Part shown: in pieces, positions 1 through 13,637 of the stretch
How positions within the stretch are numbered: the stretch's first letter is position 1
How the letters are laid out: every line of letters starts with the position of its first letter
NCBI RefSeq assembly: GCF_009834535.1
Contig: NC_045697.1
Coordinates: forward strand, 67,458,001-67,522,000
Direction: 5' to 3'
DNA length: 64,000 nucleotides
Origin: Camelus ferus
Taxonomy: Eukaryota
Notes under the pieces: generated by a model
Database searches by the model: none
Seen by the model: only the letters and a program-made list of their open reading frames with translations
Told to the model about the DNA's origin: nothing
Program-made: the position numbers and the translations under genes

Positions 1-1871
1 GATGCTGTGTATTACAGTTTTGGAGGTTTTAAGTTAGAGGAAAAATCATCAGATTTGTAAGGCCTGTAGGTGAGGACAATTTTGCTAAATTGGATATGTA
101 ATTTTTATAAGAATTTTATATTGATAACATACAGTATGAAACTTTTTAAAGTAACTATCAGGAGACATTTTGAAAATACTCTTAGTGGAAATGGAAATGA
201 AACTAACATTTAAAAAATACTGACTAAGAGTTTAAAAAAATGAGTAGCATGTATATTGACATGCAATTTATCAATGATCAGATCATGAATATAGTAGAAC
301 ATTAACCACTGCAACATTAGAAAAAAGTGAAACAAATAATTATAGGTAATTAACCAAATATTCTGCAAAAGCATGTTCCATTTCTATGTGAAAAGTAAAA
401 TTCAAGTTCTAGGTCCTGGGTCAAAATGGGTGTCTTTGGGTTATTTCTTTTTGTGCACACCTCTTGAAAAAGAAAATCTGCATTGCAGCATCTTATTTCC
501 AGTCATGATCTGGGATGAGAGCAGAGTGGCCTGACATTTACAATACTTCAGTGGCAATTACAGCACAGTTAATATATCAATTTAATTAAATTCCTATACT
601 GATTCATGACATAAAACATCAAAATAAGTTAACTTGCACAGAAACAGACAAAAGATCAATGCAGTGGATAGTTATATAATGAATTAAAGTATTACTGCCA
701 TCTACTTAAGCATACGTAGGTTTTCTGGGTTTTTGTTTTTTGGTTTTGTTTTTGGTTGTTTTGTAAAGGAATCTCTTAGAAAGATATCATTAGGGAAGTT
801 AGAAAAGACAGATCCCAGAAAATTCCAAAGATTCCTACAATTAGCCTTAAAAAAAATCCAAATTATTTTTTACCTTACTTTTAAGTAAGAATCAAAGAAC
901 TATGCTTTCATTAAAAAAAAATGGAATTCTTTCTTATAGTTTCCTAAGTAAAATGTGAATTTTGTATTTTAAAATGTGATTTGCTGCTAATTTCAGCAGG
1001 GTTTTTAGATAGACTGTCACTGAAATCCTTATGACTTAATATAAAAGCTGTATGTCAAAGAAAGAACCCATGTGTTAAAGAGAGAAGAGAGAAATAGTGA
1101 AACTGGTGGGTGAGTAGATCAGGATGGTGGTGAAGGCTGAGTATAATCTGAGAACTAAATATGATCATGAAGTTCTACAGCAGTTTGGAAGGAAGGTAGA
1201 TGGTCTTCTTGCTAATAAAGGCAGTAGGATCTTCAGTAATTAAATAAAAAAAGAGAGGAAATATCATTCATTTAGTATTCCAGACTGATGAATTGTGTTT
1301 TATTGGTTACAATAAATGTGCTAAAGAATAATAATTGGTGCTTTTCTGTGTCAGTGCTTTATAAATAATCTTGTGATCTTGTAGTTTTTTCCTTGTGGCT
1401 CTAAGCATCTTTATCTGAAAAGAAGAATGAGTTCAATGAAATGTTTGCTAAGATATCTTCTAATTCAAACATTTTATAGTTCTATGGTGGAGAGATAATA
1501 CCTAGCTCATTTCCCTTGCTAGTAATCTTAGTTTAGATACTGGTGGAGTATTATCAACTTATAAATAACAAATATTTTGCTTCATTTAATCAAGTAAAAT
1601 AAGGTATTGTGTGTGTATGTGAATAGTGTATGAATTAGTTCTGAAATCTTCCTGTTAAAAAAAAAATAATGTTTTGTATGGACATGTGCTTTAGGAATAG
1701 GATTACCAAATATTCCAAGAAAATTTGAGTTGCCACTGTCATCTTCAGTGGTATTCTACTACCTTGAAAAACTCCAGTGGTAATGCTAATGGAAAATCAC
1801 TCACATTAGGAAAAGAGAACAGATAAGCAGATAAAATAGAGTCCTATTTATCTAACAATACTGCTGAGTCA

Positions 1872-2115
1872 TTCTCAGTTAAAATTAGGTTCATTTATGA
1901 ATAACAGAAAATCTCAAATTATAGCTACTTACTCAAGATAGAAATTTGTCTCAATCTCACAGAAGGATTGATAGACTATGACTAATACAGTGGCTCTGTC
2001 CTCCTTAGGGATCTGAGCTCCTTCTGTGCTTGGCCACCTTTAACATGTCACTTCCATCTTGCTGTACAGATACTTGTTCTAGTTCTAGATACTGTATCCA
2101 CATTCTAGTCTTCAC
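1872..2115. mobile_element. Old MaLR LTR fragment (MLT1K/L-like)
   Basis: cagttaaaattaggttc...aataacagaaaatctcaaa...caagatagaaatttgtctc...agggatctgagctccttctgt resembles the MLT1J/K/L terminal region; highly diverged. Confidence 0.55.
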
Positions 2116-2546
2116 AGAAGTTGTTACCATTTTGCTTACATTTCCCTGATCACGTCTAACTGCAAAGAAAGCTAATAAGTAGTACTTTTTTGCCAACCCA
2201 TTTGCCCAGCTTAAATTCACAGGGTTGATTATTGAGAAGAAATTGAGAACAGGTATTGGGGGACACTGACAGCCTTTGCCACTAGCCCACCTTTCGGCAA
2301 AATGTTCCTGCCGAGTATTGCACTCACCTCCCACATTAAGTTATCTTCTGATTGTAATTAACCATAGACCAAAAGACAAGATATCTTCTCCCAGCACCAA
2401 AATAGAGCGGTGGAGTAGGATCGGGATAACCTTAATAAAAACTTCCATTGAGAAAAGGAAAGAATGTAAAATACCCAGCAATTACTAGTTCATTAGTAAT
2501 TTTGTGTACTTATCTGGGTGATTTTCTGTTAGTAAAGTTTCAAAGT

Positions 2547-3924
2547 CAGCAATTCTCAAACTTTTTGGTCTCAGGACCCCTTTACATTTTTATAGTTACT
2601 GAGGAGAGCAAAGAGCTTATTAAAATGCAGGGTATGTCTATCAATATTTGCTGCTTTGGTAATTAATATTGAATAATTTTCAGAATACTTATTGATTTAT
2701 TTATTTAAAATAATAAAAAACTGATGTTAAAATATTTTTATGAAAAAGAACTGTATTTTCCAAAACAAAAAAAATCAGTGAGAAGAGTGACATCATTTAA
2801 ATATTGCAAATCTTTTCAATGTCTCACTTAATAGAAGGCAGATGAATTCTGACATCTGCTTCCGCATTCCATGTATTGTGATGTTAGTGAAGTGGGTGAA
2901 GAAAATTTGGCTTCATACAGAAAGGTGGAAAACAGAGGAATATTTTAATAACCTTTACAGAAAATTGTGGGTATTCCTTTTTGATGCTACACCAAAACTT
3001 GACAAGTGGAAGTTTCTTAAAAATTAGTTGCAATGTGGAACGTGAAATCAAATTAATTTTTTATACTATAACATTAAAGTCTGTTTTGTGTTTTGCATTT
3101 TGAATGGCCCTTTACCCATGCATGAATCATTTTGAAAATATTGGTTCCCTAAGTTGTTAAGGTTTTCCAAGTGTTTTCGCATTTTGTTATATAATATGAA
3201 AAAAATCACATTTGGTAATATCACCATACAAGTCTTTTAAGTATTGAGAAGCTATCAAGTTTTTTGGTGATGGATTTAAGTTTCCAAAATTCAGATTTTT
3301 GCTTGAAAGCTCAGATTTTATCACTGGCAATAAATAGTGTCAGTTGTTCTTCCTGAAGTGACAGACTCACTTTGTTCATTTTAGAAAAAAAATCTTCCCA
3401 ATATTCAAGTATTAATAACCATAGTTTGTCTGTCAGCAATTCTTTCTAGTAAGAATGATGTTCCATGAAATAAGGGGCTAGTTCAACTAAAATGAGAGCT
3501 TTTCCCTTAAGTCAATCATCATACTTCAGTAGGCAACAAAAGTGCTTAATGTGTACCTCATATTTCATCATGTAAAATATTTGAAAAATATATGCTCAAA
3601 AGTTAATTAATAATTTTAGTGCTTTATCAGGATATTATGAGTGCATGTTTGTGTGTTTGTATGTGTGTATGTGCAACTGTGTGTACGTGGTAGAGAAAAA
3701 TAAAATGACTATTAGCATAGTTTGTTGCCACTGCCTTTATTCTGGCTAAAGTGACAGCAGTTTTACCCATCATTGCTTTTAAACCATTACTGCAAATGTT
3801 TACACAGTGAAAAAGGGCAAATGATTTCTTAGTATTATGATGAAAATCATTTAGCTTCACAATTCCCCTGAAAAGCTCTTGGGGGACCCCCAAGGGACCT
3901 CAAACCACACATTGAGAATCACCG
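2547..3924 (-). mobile_element. hAT-Charlie DNA transposon, Charlie1a-like, apparently complete (~1.38 kb)
   Basis: Degenerate TIRs CAGCAATTCTCAA (2547) and TTGAGAATCACCG (3912-3924); typical Charlie1 subterminal sequences (ctttttggtctcaggacccctttaca; gggggacccccaaggg). A decayed transposase HTEVRWLSRGK-like motif lies on the minus strand near 3495-3545. Confidence 0.85.
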
Positions 3925-4161
3925 TGTGAGGTTAAAAGAGCATGCACATTTGAGATATTTACAGATGCTGCCTAGTTGTACAATTTTCATTTTCACCAAA
4001 AATTTTGGTGTGACTGGTTTTGACATTTTGACTAATATTGGTATTATTAAAAGTATAACTCTTTGTCTATCTGATAGATAAGAAAAAGCTCATTGTTACC
4101 TTAATTTATTTCAATTTTACCATAAGTGAATGTCAGGATCTTTCCATATGTTTATTGGCCA
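3925..4161 (-). mobile_element. Ancient L1 (L1ME-like) ORF2 3' fragment, continuing left of Charlie1a to ~2490
   Basis: Minus strand reads tggccaataaacatatggaaagatc...; an L1 ORF2 C-terminal region split by the Charlie1a insertion. Confidence 0.6.
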
Positions 4162-4730
4162 ATATGATACTGGTGCAGGGATAGATAGTTTCATGCGACA
4201 GAATAAAGACTTTATAAGGTGACCTAAACTCATTTGGGAATGTAATCTATGATTAAAGTTGGATTTCCTTAATAGGTAATCAGCTGGAAGAGGGGAGTAG
4301 ATGCTTTCATAAATGATATTGTGGTAACTGGCTAGCTATTTGAAAAAGAAGTTGATTTATAATTAATTTACATTTTTTATAAAGAATTCTGAATGAATAA
4401 AAGGTCAAAATGTTTTTAAAAATTCAACTCATTAAGTAGAAGAAAAGACTGGTTAACTTATTTTTTATTTTATGTTTGAAACATCTGTTAAAATATAAAA
4501 CAGGAAAACCAGAAGAGTTTAAAAAAAAGTAAATGACTATATAAAATTATTTAAAATTTTAAATGGCAACAGCACAAAATAAATCATAAGAAAAATAATA
4601 AAATGAGAAATAAATGTGTTTAATACATACCACTACTAACTCTACATTTTAACATATTCAGTCCTATTGTAAATGTGTAAGAAAAAGAAATAAACAGCCT
4701 TTCAGAAAAATACAAGATACGAATGTAGAA
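4162..4730 (+). mobile_element. Ancient L1 (L1ME-like) ORF2 fragment
   Basis: atgatactggtgcagggatag...ataaatgatattgtggtaactggctagctatttgaaaaag...aaacagcctttcagaaaaatacaagatacgaatg resembles degenerate L1 ORF2. Confidence 0.6.
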
Positions 4731-5119
4731 TTTTGAAGTAGATCTTACAAACAACTTTATAGCTAATATATAGTCAATTCTTCCAGCCCTCTTATTTATA
4801 GATGAGGAAACTCAAGTCGAGAGGCATAATAAAAGTTAAATGTCTTTACTCTCCATTAAATTCTTTAAAAAGTATAACTTATTGATTCATTTGTTTCTAA
4901 GTAATTAAATTACCCTAATCTGATTTGCTTTCAACTGCATGTAAATTTAAATATATGTCATATAAATATATGTCATATGTATATATATCACTTCGTAACT
5001 ACTCCATGAAAATGCAAATGGCATAGAATGACCTTTAGCCATTTGCAGCTGATATATTTAAAAAATAGATTAGCATTATTCTATTGAAATCGACACCATC
5101 TGTTCTTATAACACAGGGC

Positions 5120-5340
5120 TAATATAGTGGTTATAAACTCAGGTCTCAAACCCAACCGCTCCAGCTGGAATCCTGGGTTTGTGACATACTGAGCAACCTG
5201 AACAATGTACTGAAACTCTGTATGTCTCAGTTCCTGATTTATGTATCATCCTAGTTGGCTACGGTTATTATAGGATTAACTCATGCTTATAAAGAGTTTA
5301 TGATGAGGCATGACATACATTAAATTATCATTTTCATCAT
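5120..5340 (+). mobile_element. MIR SINE
   Basis: atatagtggttataaactcaggtctc...ctctgtatgtctcagttcctgatt: MIR head and core. Confidence 0.6.
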
Positions 5341-8300
5341 CACTTAAAAGTGGGGGCACTGACCAGTGAGTTTTCTCCTTTGTGTATTGCTGCACTGTGG
5401 ATTAAAGGCATGTCTCAGCCTGCTCTGTTAACACCACACAAATGATCTGCATAGAGAATTGATTTCTATACAAAGTCTGTAACCCAGTTGTTTTCATAAT
5501 GTATTAAGTAACATGATAAATGAATCCCAGGTGTATATTGACAGAGGTTGCAGAAAGGATTCAGGGTCAGTTAGCATAATGGAAATTGAATTTGTTATTT
5601 TAACCTTTTGTATGAGGAAGAACTTACAGAACCTAGTTCCAAAGTCCATGTGAGAGTGAAGAGAGAGAGTAAATGACACAACAGGGGATACAAATCAGCT
5701 GATTTCAAATTCAGATTATATCTACATGCTCTCTCATTTGTCCTGTTTTTATTTCTCATTGCGCGCCTACTATCAACTTGACCTTGCTGTTCTTTCTTCT
5801 TTGAAAACTCTTCTGGAAACACTACAAAAGCTTAGTTATGCAGTATTCTAATGTAACCTGGAAACTAAATTGAACTGGAAATCATCTATGCATACTAAGG
5901 CCAACGCCTGCCCATTCTGAATGGATCACTGGTGGCTCATCACAATTTCTTAGACATCCAATACTGAACTTAGATAGAAGATGATTCTCAGGAGCTAGAA
6001 AAGCTTTCATTTTTCAGATTTTTCTTTCCTCTGTCCTTTACGGTTCTGAACTCAATCAAATTGTCAGAGGGCTATCTCCCATCACATAGATGATGGAAAT
6101 GGGAATTTGGGTCTATTTATTTCTGAAAAGAAATAGCTATGGGTATGCAAACCTCACCACTCAGCATTTTAGAAACATGCAACACACAAGAGCAATCAGA
6201 GTTTTCTTGAATGAAATACTTCTCAAAAAATACCAAACAACAAACAACAAACAACAAACAACAAATGGACTTTCTCCTTAAGTCAAATTGCTACTCTCAT
6301 TCTCTCCCTGCTGCATACTTTCTGAATTTACATTCTCCTTGTAAATACATTAAGTGACAAAAATTTGCTGGATTATACTAGTGGATGATCATATGACTTT
6401 TCATGCTGAAGAATGGTTTGTGACAACACTATTATTACTCGTTTATTCCATTAAAAAAAAACACACACAGCATTTTAAAATTATTCCTCTGAGTTTTTAT
6501 ATAACAATTTCTTATTGTTTGGGGGAAGGTTTTTGTTTTTTTTTTAATAGTATTTTTGAGATGCAACTCGTTCCTTAGGATTTTCTGTATATAAGATCAT
6601 GACATTTATAAGTTTTTCTTCTTTATTTTAACTTTATGCTTTTTTTTTCTTTCGTAATTGCACTGGTTGGAAATTTCAGTACAAAGTTGAAAAGTGGTGG
6701 CAAGAGTGAACATCCTGTCTTGTGTCTGATCTTAGGTGGAAAGCATTTCAGTTTTTCTCCATTAAGAGTGATATTACATGTAGGATTTCATGAATTCTCT
6801 TTATCAACTTGAAGAAGTTCATGTCTATTCCTAGTTTGTTGAATGGTTTCATTTTTAAAAAGGTGTTGAATTTTATCAAACATTTTACTTCATCTATTCC
6901 AATGAGCATTTTTTTTTTGTCTTTTATTCTATAAATATTGTGTAGTATATGGACTGATTTTTCAGATGTTAATCCAACATTGAATTGCTGGGTTAAATCA
7001 TACTTGGTCCTGGCATATAATTCTTTTTATATGTTACTGGAGTTTGATTGCTAGTGTTTTGTAAGAATTTTGCATCTATATTTAAAAGAGATACTGGTCT
7101 GTAGTTTTCTTGTGATGTCTTTGCCAGGTTTTTGTTTGTTTTTGTTTTTGTTTTGTATTTGGTAATACTGACCTCAGAATCCATTAAGAAGTGTTCCCTA
7201 ATCTATTTCTTGGAAGAGTTTGTGAAGGATTTGTGTTGTATCTTAAATGTTTGGTAGAATTCATCAGAAAGTATTCTGGGTTCAAACATTTCTTTGTGAA
7301 CTTAAATAATGTATAATTCAAGTTTTATTTTTTTATACATCTGTTCAGAGTTTGTATTTCTCCTTGAATAAGTTACGTTTGTTTGTGTCTTCCTGGGAAT
7401 TTGTCCACTTCATCTAACCTACCTAATTTTTTGGCATATAATTATTCTTCCTATTACCTTATAATTATTTTTATTCCTCTGAGGCTGGAAATAATGTCCC
7501 CTTTTCATTTCTGATTATGATCATTTCAGTCCTCTCTTTTTTCATGTTCAATATAAAGGTTTGTCAATTTTGTCCATCTTTTCAAATAACTAGCTTTTGG
7601 TTTCATTTATTTTCTCTATTGATTTTCAGTTTTTTATTTCATTAAGTTTTGCTCTAATCTGTCTGATTTTTTTCCTCTTGATTGCTTTTGGTTTATTTTA
7701 CTCTTATTTTCTGTTTTCTTGAAGTAGAAGTTTAGAATATTAATTGAAGATCTTTTTTCTTTTATACTTTAGGCATTTCAGCTATAAATATCCCTCTAAT
7801 ATACATTTCAGTATGTTGTATTTTTGTTTACATCCATCAAAGTATTTTCTGATTCCTCCTGTGATTTTTTTGACTATTAAAAGAAACTGCATTGTTTAAT
7901 TTTCACATATTGGTGAATTTTCCTAATTATATTTTTGATTTCCAATTTTATTCCATATTGGTTGAACATACTTAATATGATTTCTGCCTTTTAAATTTAT
8001 CAAAACTCATTTCATAACCTAGCATATGATCTATTCTGGAGAATGTTCTGTATGTGTTTGAGAATGCGTATTTTATGTTGTTGGATGGAGTGTTCTATAG
8101 ATGTCTTTTATGTTTGGTTGGTACATAGTGTTGTTCAAGCCTTATATTTCCCTGTTTATCTTCTGCCTTGTTGTTCTATCCATGGTTGAAAGTGGGTTAT
8201 TGAAATCTCCAACTATTATTTGTTTAATAGTTTATTTCTCCCTTCAATTCAAACAGTTTTTGCTTTATGCATTTTGGAACTCTTTTATTAGGTTCATAAC

Positions 8301-8744
8301 TGTTACATCTTCCTGATGGATTGATATTCTTATCATTAGAAAATGCTATTCTTTATCTCTAATAGCAATTTTTCTTGAAGTCTGTTATATTTAATATAGT
8401 AGTACAGTTTTAGTTTAGTTACTATATGAATAGTTTATCTTGTTATCCTTTTAGTTTCCATCTGTTTGTGTCTTTGAATCTAAAGAATGTCTCTTATGGA
8501 CTGCTTAATTTGGATCATGTATTTTTCTGTTCCTTCTGCCAATATCTGCTTTTAAACTAACCAATTTATATTTAATATAACTATTGATATGGTAGGATTT
8601 TTGTCTGGCATTTTGTTATTTGTATTCCATATGTCTAACATCTTTCTTTTTTTTTTTTTTTTGTCCTACCATTCATCAATTAGTATCTTCTTTGTGTCAA
8701 ATAGATATTTCCTATTATACCATTTCATTCCCTTGTTTCTTTTA

Positions 8745-8787
<43 letters not shown>
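8745..8787. repeat. (CTAT)~10 microsatellite
   Basis: Direct reading. Confidence 0.95.
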
Positions 8788-9046
8788 CTTTTTTAGTTAT
8801 TTTTTTTAGTGCTTTCCCTAAAGGGATTACAATTAGCATCTTAATTTAAAACAATTTAGTTTGGATTAAAGCTAACTTAATTAATACTAACTTAAGTTTG
8901 AAAGTATACAAATCTTTGCTCCAATATACTTTTGTTTCTTCCATTTCTTTGTACTGTTATTGCCATATAAATTATATATCTGTACATTACAAACCTAACA
9001 ACAGAATTTTATAATTATTGTTTATGTAATTATGTAACTGTCTTTT

Positions 9047-9151
9047 TTTAATTTAAAAGATTTTTGTTTAATTAATGGAGGTGCTGGGGATTGAACCCAG
9101 GACCTCATGCATGCTAAGCACACACTCTACCACTGAGCTATACCCTCCCCC
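9047..9151 (-). mobile_element. tRNA-Ala-derived camelid SINE (Vic-1-like)
   Basis: Minus strand GGGGAGGGTATAGCTCAGTGGTAGAGTGTGTGCTTAGCATGCATGAGGTCCTGGGTTCAATCCCCAGCACCTCC plus A-rich tail. Pol III A and B boxes present; degenerate TSD tgtaactgtctttt / tgtagttctctttt. Confidence 0.9.
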
Positions 9152-9360
9152 TGTAGTTCTCTTTTTAAAGAGAGAGGAAAATAATTATGAATAAATATAT
9201 GTTTATACTGTGTTTTATATTTACCTATGTAGTACGTTTTATCAGTGCTTTTTATAATTCTTGTGGATTTGAGTTACTATTTAGTATTCTTTTGTTTTAG
9301 CCTGAATTATTATCTTTAGTTTCTTCTTTCTTTTTTTTTACATAGAGCAGTTATCTAGCA

Positions 9361-9487
9361 TGTGTGTATGTATATATATATATATATATATACACAAGAG
9401 TGTGTTTGTGTGTGTGTGTGTATGTGTATATATATATGTACATATATATGTGTGTGTGTATATATATGTACATATAGATATATATAT
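9361..9487. repeat. Compound (TG)n/(TA)n microsatellite
   Basis: Direct reading. Confidence 0.9.
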
Positions 9488-10648
9488 TTTTTTCTTGCTT
9501 TTATTTTTAAGTTTGGCTTCCTAGGACTCACCTAGGAGATCAGAATTTAGTGGCCAGCAATGATCTGTCAATAAATATTCTTATATGCAATTTCTGATTA
9601 TTTTATTTTCCACCTCCTTCAAGGGGATCTGTGACTGTTGGAAGACACAACCAAACTTTAGGCAGAGTACAAGACATCATTAGCTTTCACTTTTTGCTCC
9701 CACAGAGTTATAAGTTCAGTCAATATAAGGTCAGTGAATGACTACCACCTTCTCCTTTCCTATGTCTTTCGTGGGCTTGGGCCCAGCCTTTGAGATCCCC
9801 ATGAATGTGTTGGAGAATTTCAGAGTTCCCTGTGTTCATCTAGTTCTTCAGGATTTTTTTTTTTTAATTTCCCCCTCTCCCAGGCTCCTGTTTACTCCAG
9901 CTGAACCTCAGTCTTAGGCAGCTGAGATGTTTCCAGTACTTTGCTATCATTTTGATAAAGCCCTGGGGCTCCCCCAGGGCTGAGCTCTGAATCAAATCAA
10001 ATGGCCACCATACCCTGGGAATAGAAATTTTCCAGAGAGCTTTAATTTTTGACAAAATAGTGACTGTGCTCTGGGGATGGTGCTTTTAAGGGAGCTATAA
10101 AAGAGATCAGACCTCTCCATTATTTGCAAAGGCTGGTGACTTTTCATTACCGTAACACTGATTTGGGAACATAAGGGAAACCCCAAGCTAAAAATGTTAC
10201 AGATATGTTGCTGTACAAAGTTTTAGTACCTTCTCTTGGAGAGTTTATGCTTAGTTTGTTCTGTGGCTTTGCATACCATCAGTGGGTGAATCATAGCTTG
10301 AGAACACTTCTACAATTAATTATGCAGCAATAAAGTCCTCAATATGTATTATCATTTACAATTGTAATTTGCTAGATGATACAGATGAGATGTAGCAATG
10401 AGTAACATAATTGCCTTTTTAATGCTGTGGTAGGTATACCATGGTCATTAATTATCAATTTGACTAATTATTATGGGTAGCAGTTAATCTTTGCTCTAAT
10501 AATTATTGCTGATGAATATACATGTTTTTCCTCTTAACTTTTGCAATGATATGAAGTTGATATATGTGATTACTAAAGCATAGATTGTCTAAGACAGAGT
10601 TAAATAATTTAAAATGTTAAAGATGTCTCTGAGCTTAGACAGATTTTC

Positions 10649-10773
10649 TTTCTTATATATATTTTTACTGAAGTGTAGTCAGTTTACAATGTTATGTCAG
10701 TTTCTAGTGTACAGCATAATACTTCAGTCATATAGGAATATACATATATTCATTTTCATATTCTTTTTCACAT
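10649..10773 (-). mobile_element. 5'-truncated young L1 3' end
   Basis: tactgaagtgtagtcagtttacaatgtt... is an antisense L1 3' terminus; TSD gacagattttc (10638-10648) / gatagattttc (10774-10784). Confidence 0.8.
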
Positions 10774-11087
10774 GATAGATTTTCATTAAGCTATTGGAAC
10801 TGTAAGAAGGCATATAATATAGTGATTTTTTTCCCAAATATTAAGGTTGCTCCATTTTTCTCTCAGATTTGTTTGTATATCACATAGCACTGTGCAAAGC
10901 TTCTGGCTGCCTTAAATAGGGGAGTTGTTGATAACTGTGCTTCTATAAATGAGTGAGTGTAATCCTAGCATTGGGGAAAAAAGAAATAGAAAGTCATAAT
11001 ATGACTCTTAAAAACTCCTTATTATAATTACCAAACTCATATTTACAGATCCCTGACCAAGACCAAAATAACATTTATAAGAAGGAT

Positions 11088-11190
11088 GGACCTTATATTT
11101 CCTGTATTGCCAGTGTAAGAATCGTGCCTGGCAGGCAGTAGATGCTCAATAACTATTTGTAAAATAAATAATAAACGAGTAATTGAATAG
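11088..11190 (+). mobile_element. L2 3' end
   Basis: gtgcctggcaggcagtagatgctcaataactatttgt is the L2 terminal motif. Confidence 0.7.
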
Positions 11191-11959
11191 TGAAGTGAAC
11201 TAAAGCTGGTTAAGTCAGTGAACTTTCATTTGAAGAGATTATTCACTATGTCTTCACAGAAATAACTTCTACCCTCACACTTAGCATTCAGAGACTCTCA
11301 GAAAAATACATTGACATCTATTGAATCAGAAACAAAGAATTTGAACCTTATGATGCTGATTTTAAGCAAGGCTTGCTGGTTCTTGGAACAATAGAAGCTT
11401 ACAATTACTGTGTGATTTATCAGAAATGACTGTGTCATCAGCACAAACTTCAGCAGACTAATTTAAGAAGTGTGAACCTGTGCAGCCTATGCAGAAATGT
11501 TTTGCTGTAACAATTATATGATGCTTTTGCTCTAAAATGTTTTAAAACAGATATTTCTATGTTATATTACTCTCATTTTTGGAGAGGTAATTTAAATACG
11601 TTTTATAGTTCAAAATGGGTTTCCAGTAATGCAAATTTAATATGTAGTATTGTGGCTATAGGAAACAAAGATTTAATTTGAGGGGGCTTGATTTGTGACT
11701 GAATGAGTGACTATCATCCTAGAAATAATTAAATCATATGTTAGTGGTTCCTCTGAGGGAGTATGTGGAGTGTGTGTGTGTGTCTGTGTGTGTGCGTGTG
11801 TGTGGTAAATGGTGAGTTCCTACAAACAATACAGGAGAAATACATAAACACTGGTTTGTCGGAATAAAGCCATGGCTATAGTGCGGCCTCTTAGTTTTTC
11901 TTATGATCAGTATTTTCCTCGAAAATGTCACCATTTAAACAATATACAAGATGAAGTGA

Positions 11960-12270
11960 GGGAAAGCGCTGTGGTTAAGAGCAGGAGTTCTGAGGTCTGA
12001 GGGTTGGAGTCTAGCTTCACTCTTTAAGTCTTACTGCAAATTACTTATTTATTCTTAACTAGTTTCATTATCTTTAAAACACTGGTTATGAAAATAAGAT
12101 GTCATGGGATTATTATGGAGATTTTATGTAGGTAAAGAGCTTATTATGTTTATGATAATAGCACCTGCCTCATAAGGTTGTTGAGAGGATTGAATGTAAG
12201 AAAATTACTTAGTATACATAGTGAGACCTAAATAAATGCTACCTGTCATTTTATAGTTATTATTATTACC
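11960..12270 (+). mobile_element. MIR SINE(s), two adjacent pieces
   Basis: gtggttaagagcaggagttctgag...; gataatagcacctgcctcataaggttgttgagaggattgaatg. Confidence 0.7.
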
Positions 12271-13637
12271 AAGTAATTATAATTTAAATACTCCAAATAA
12301 ATCACATATGAAGATGAATATAAATACTAATACATTTTTAGACAAAATATTTTCAAAACCAACAATATCATGTATATTGGTTAATTCATCTTAATTTATC
12401 AGTAAGCCTGTAGAAGATAATTTCTTTCTTTTCTGAAATATAGTCGTTAGCCTAATTGCTATTCTCTGTCCTGTAGTATGAGGAAGTAAGTGAGCAGAAG
12501 GATGGTTCATAGCCAGTCACCTTATTCCTCCAGGTCATTCTAGAGAGAATTCCAATGTGGATTTCACATTGCATCATTGGTAGGAGTGGTTTATTTGGTC
12601 TGGTCTGACTCTTTCTAAATGGATCCATACCAATAACTTATTTGAATTGTGTTGTCCTTCAACACTTGACCAAGAATAACTTCCCAGATTGGGGAAAACT
12701 CTAGTGGTGACAATATTAAAAATTTTTATATTCTAGTCCTGCCTTCTATGACATCATGTTCTTCCTTTAGCTATACTAACTACAAGCTCATGACTTGGCA
12801 ACTGTTACGATTTATCTATTTATTAACATTTTACTCACAAGGATAAAACTCTTGAAATATTACAGCCCATTTTCAAGAATGTCCTTGGGATGGAAAGCAG
12901 ATATATTCTTTGTCACATTGCATTTTCAGACCATGTAGGTCACTGTCATAAAGCAGTCACCAGAAAAGTTAAATGAAACTGCATTATGCAATAGATTTTT
13001 TTCATGTTTTGGATACATATACATTTATATAATACCTGATTGTAAATTCTGATGGTAGGTCTAAGAACTTTATGAAGTGATTGCCAAGCTCTTAAGGTAA
13101 GCAAGTTTTGGAATAGGCAGAATTCTATTTTTTGCTGAAGTGTGGCAAAATTTTAATGTCTACTTTAATGAAGAAATTATTCTTTTTCTATTATGGTTAA
13201 CAATTAAGTGACATATATAGTAGAGCTTCTTGCCATGCCATCCTCTCTAACTGTTTTTCATGCACCATGCATAGACTAGAATTAGGATTAGGGGATGCCA
13301 ATGTATTGAATAGGAAATATCATCTGTTTTTCAACCTAACTGGCTCCAGAGTATTTGCTAGTTGTCTTCAGCTGCTTTTCTGAGGAGTGTATTTGATGGT
13401 GGTGTGGAGTATAGCATGGAGGCTAAGACCTTAGAAATTGAAACTGATCAAAGCTGAAATTTTTCCAAGTTCCACTACTCAACAACATTATTCTTTAGTC
13501 TTCTTGTCTGTAAAAGGGGTGTAATAATAGTGTAACTGTTAAGTGGTTCAGACAGGAAAAAGATAATGTTTAGCATTAAGACCTAAAACACACAAAAATT
13601 TATAAAGTGAAAACAATTATAATTATTTCCTCTTACA

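Larger units (their letters stand above)
6545..10270 (-). mobile_element. Old L1 (L1MC/MD-type): 5' region plus ORF2 EN to RT, 3'-truncated and decayed
   Basis: T-rich antisense L1. ORF 6993-7184 contains ENYRPVSLLNIDAK, an L1 RT motif. Interrupted by a SINE and microsatellites; extension into the 5' UTR at 9500-10270 is less certain. Confidence 0.8.

Noticed and set aside
9077..9151. tRNA-Ala gene
   Set aside because: A-rich tail, TSD, insertion inside an L1 and a second diverged copy show it is a tRNA-derived SINE.
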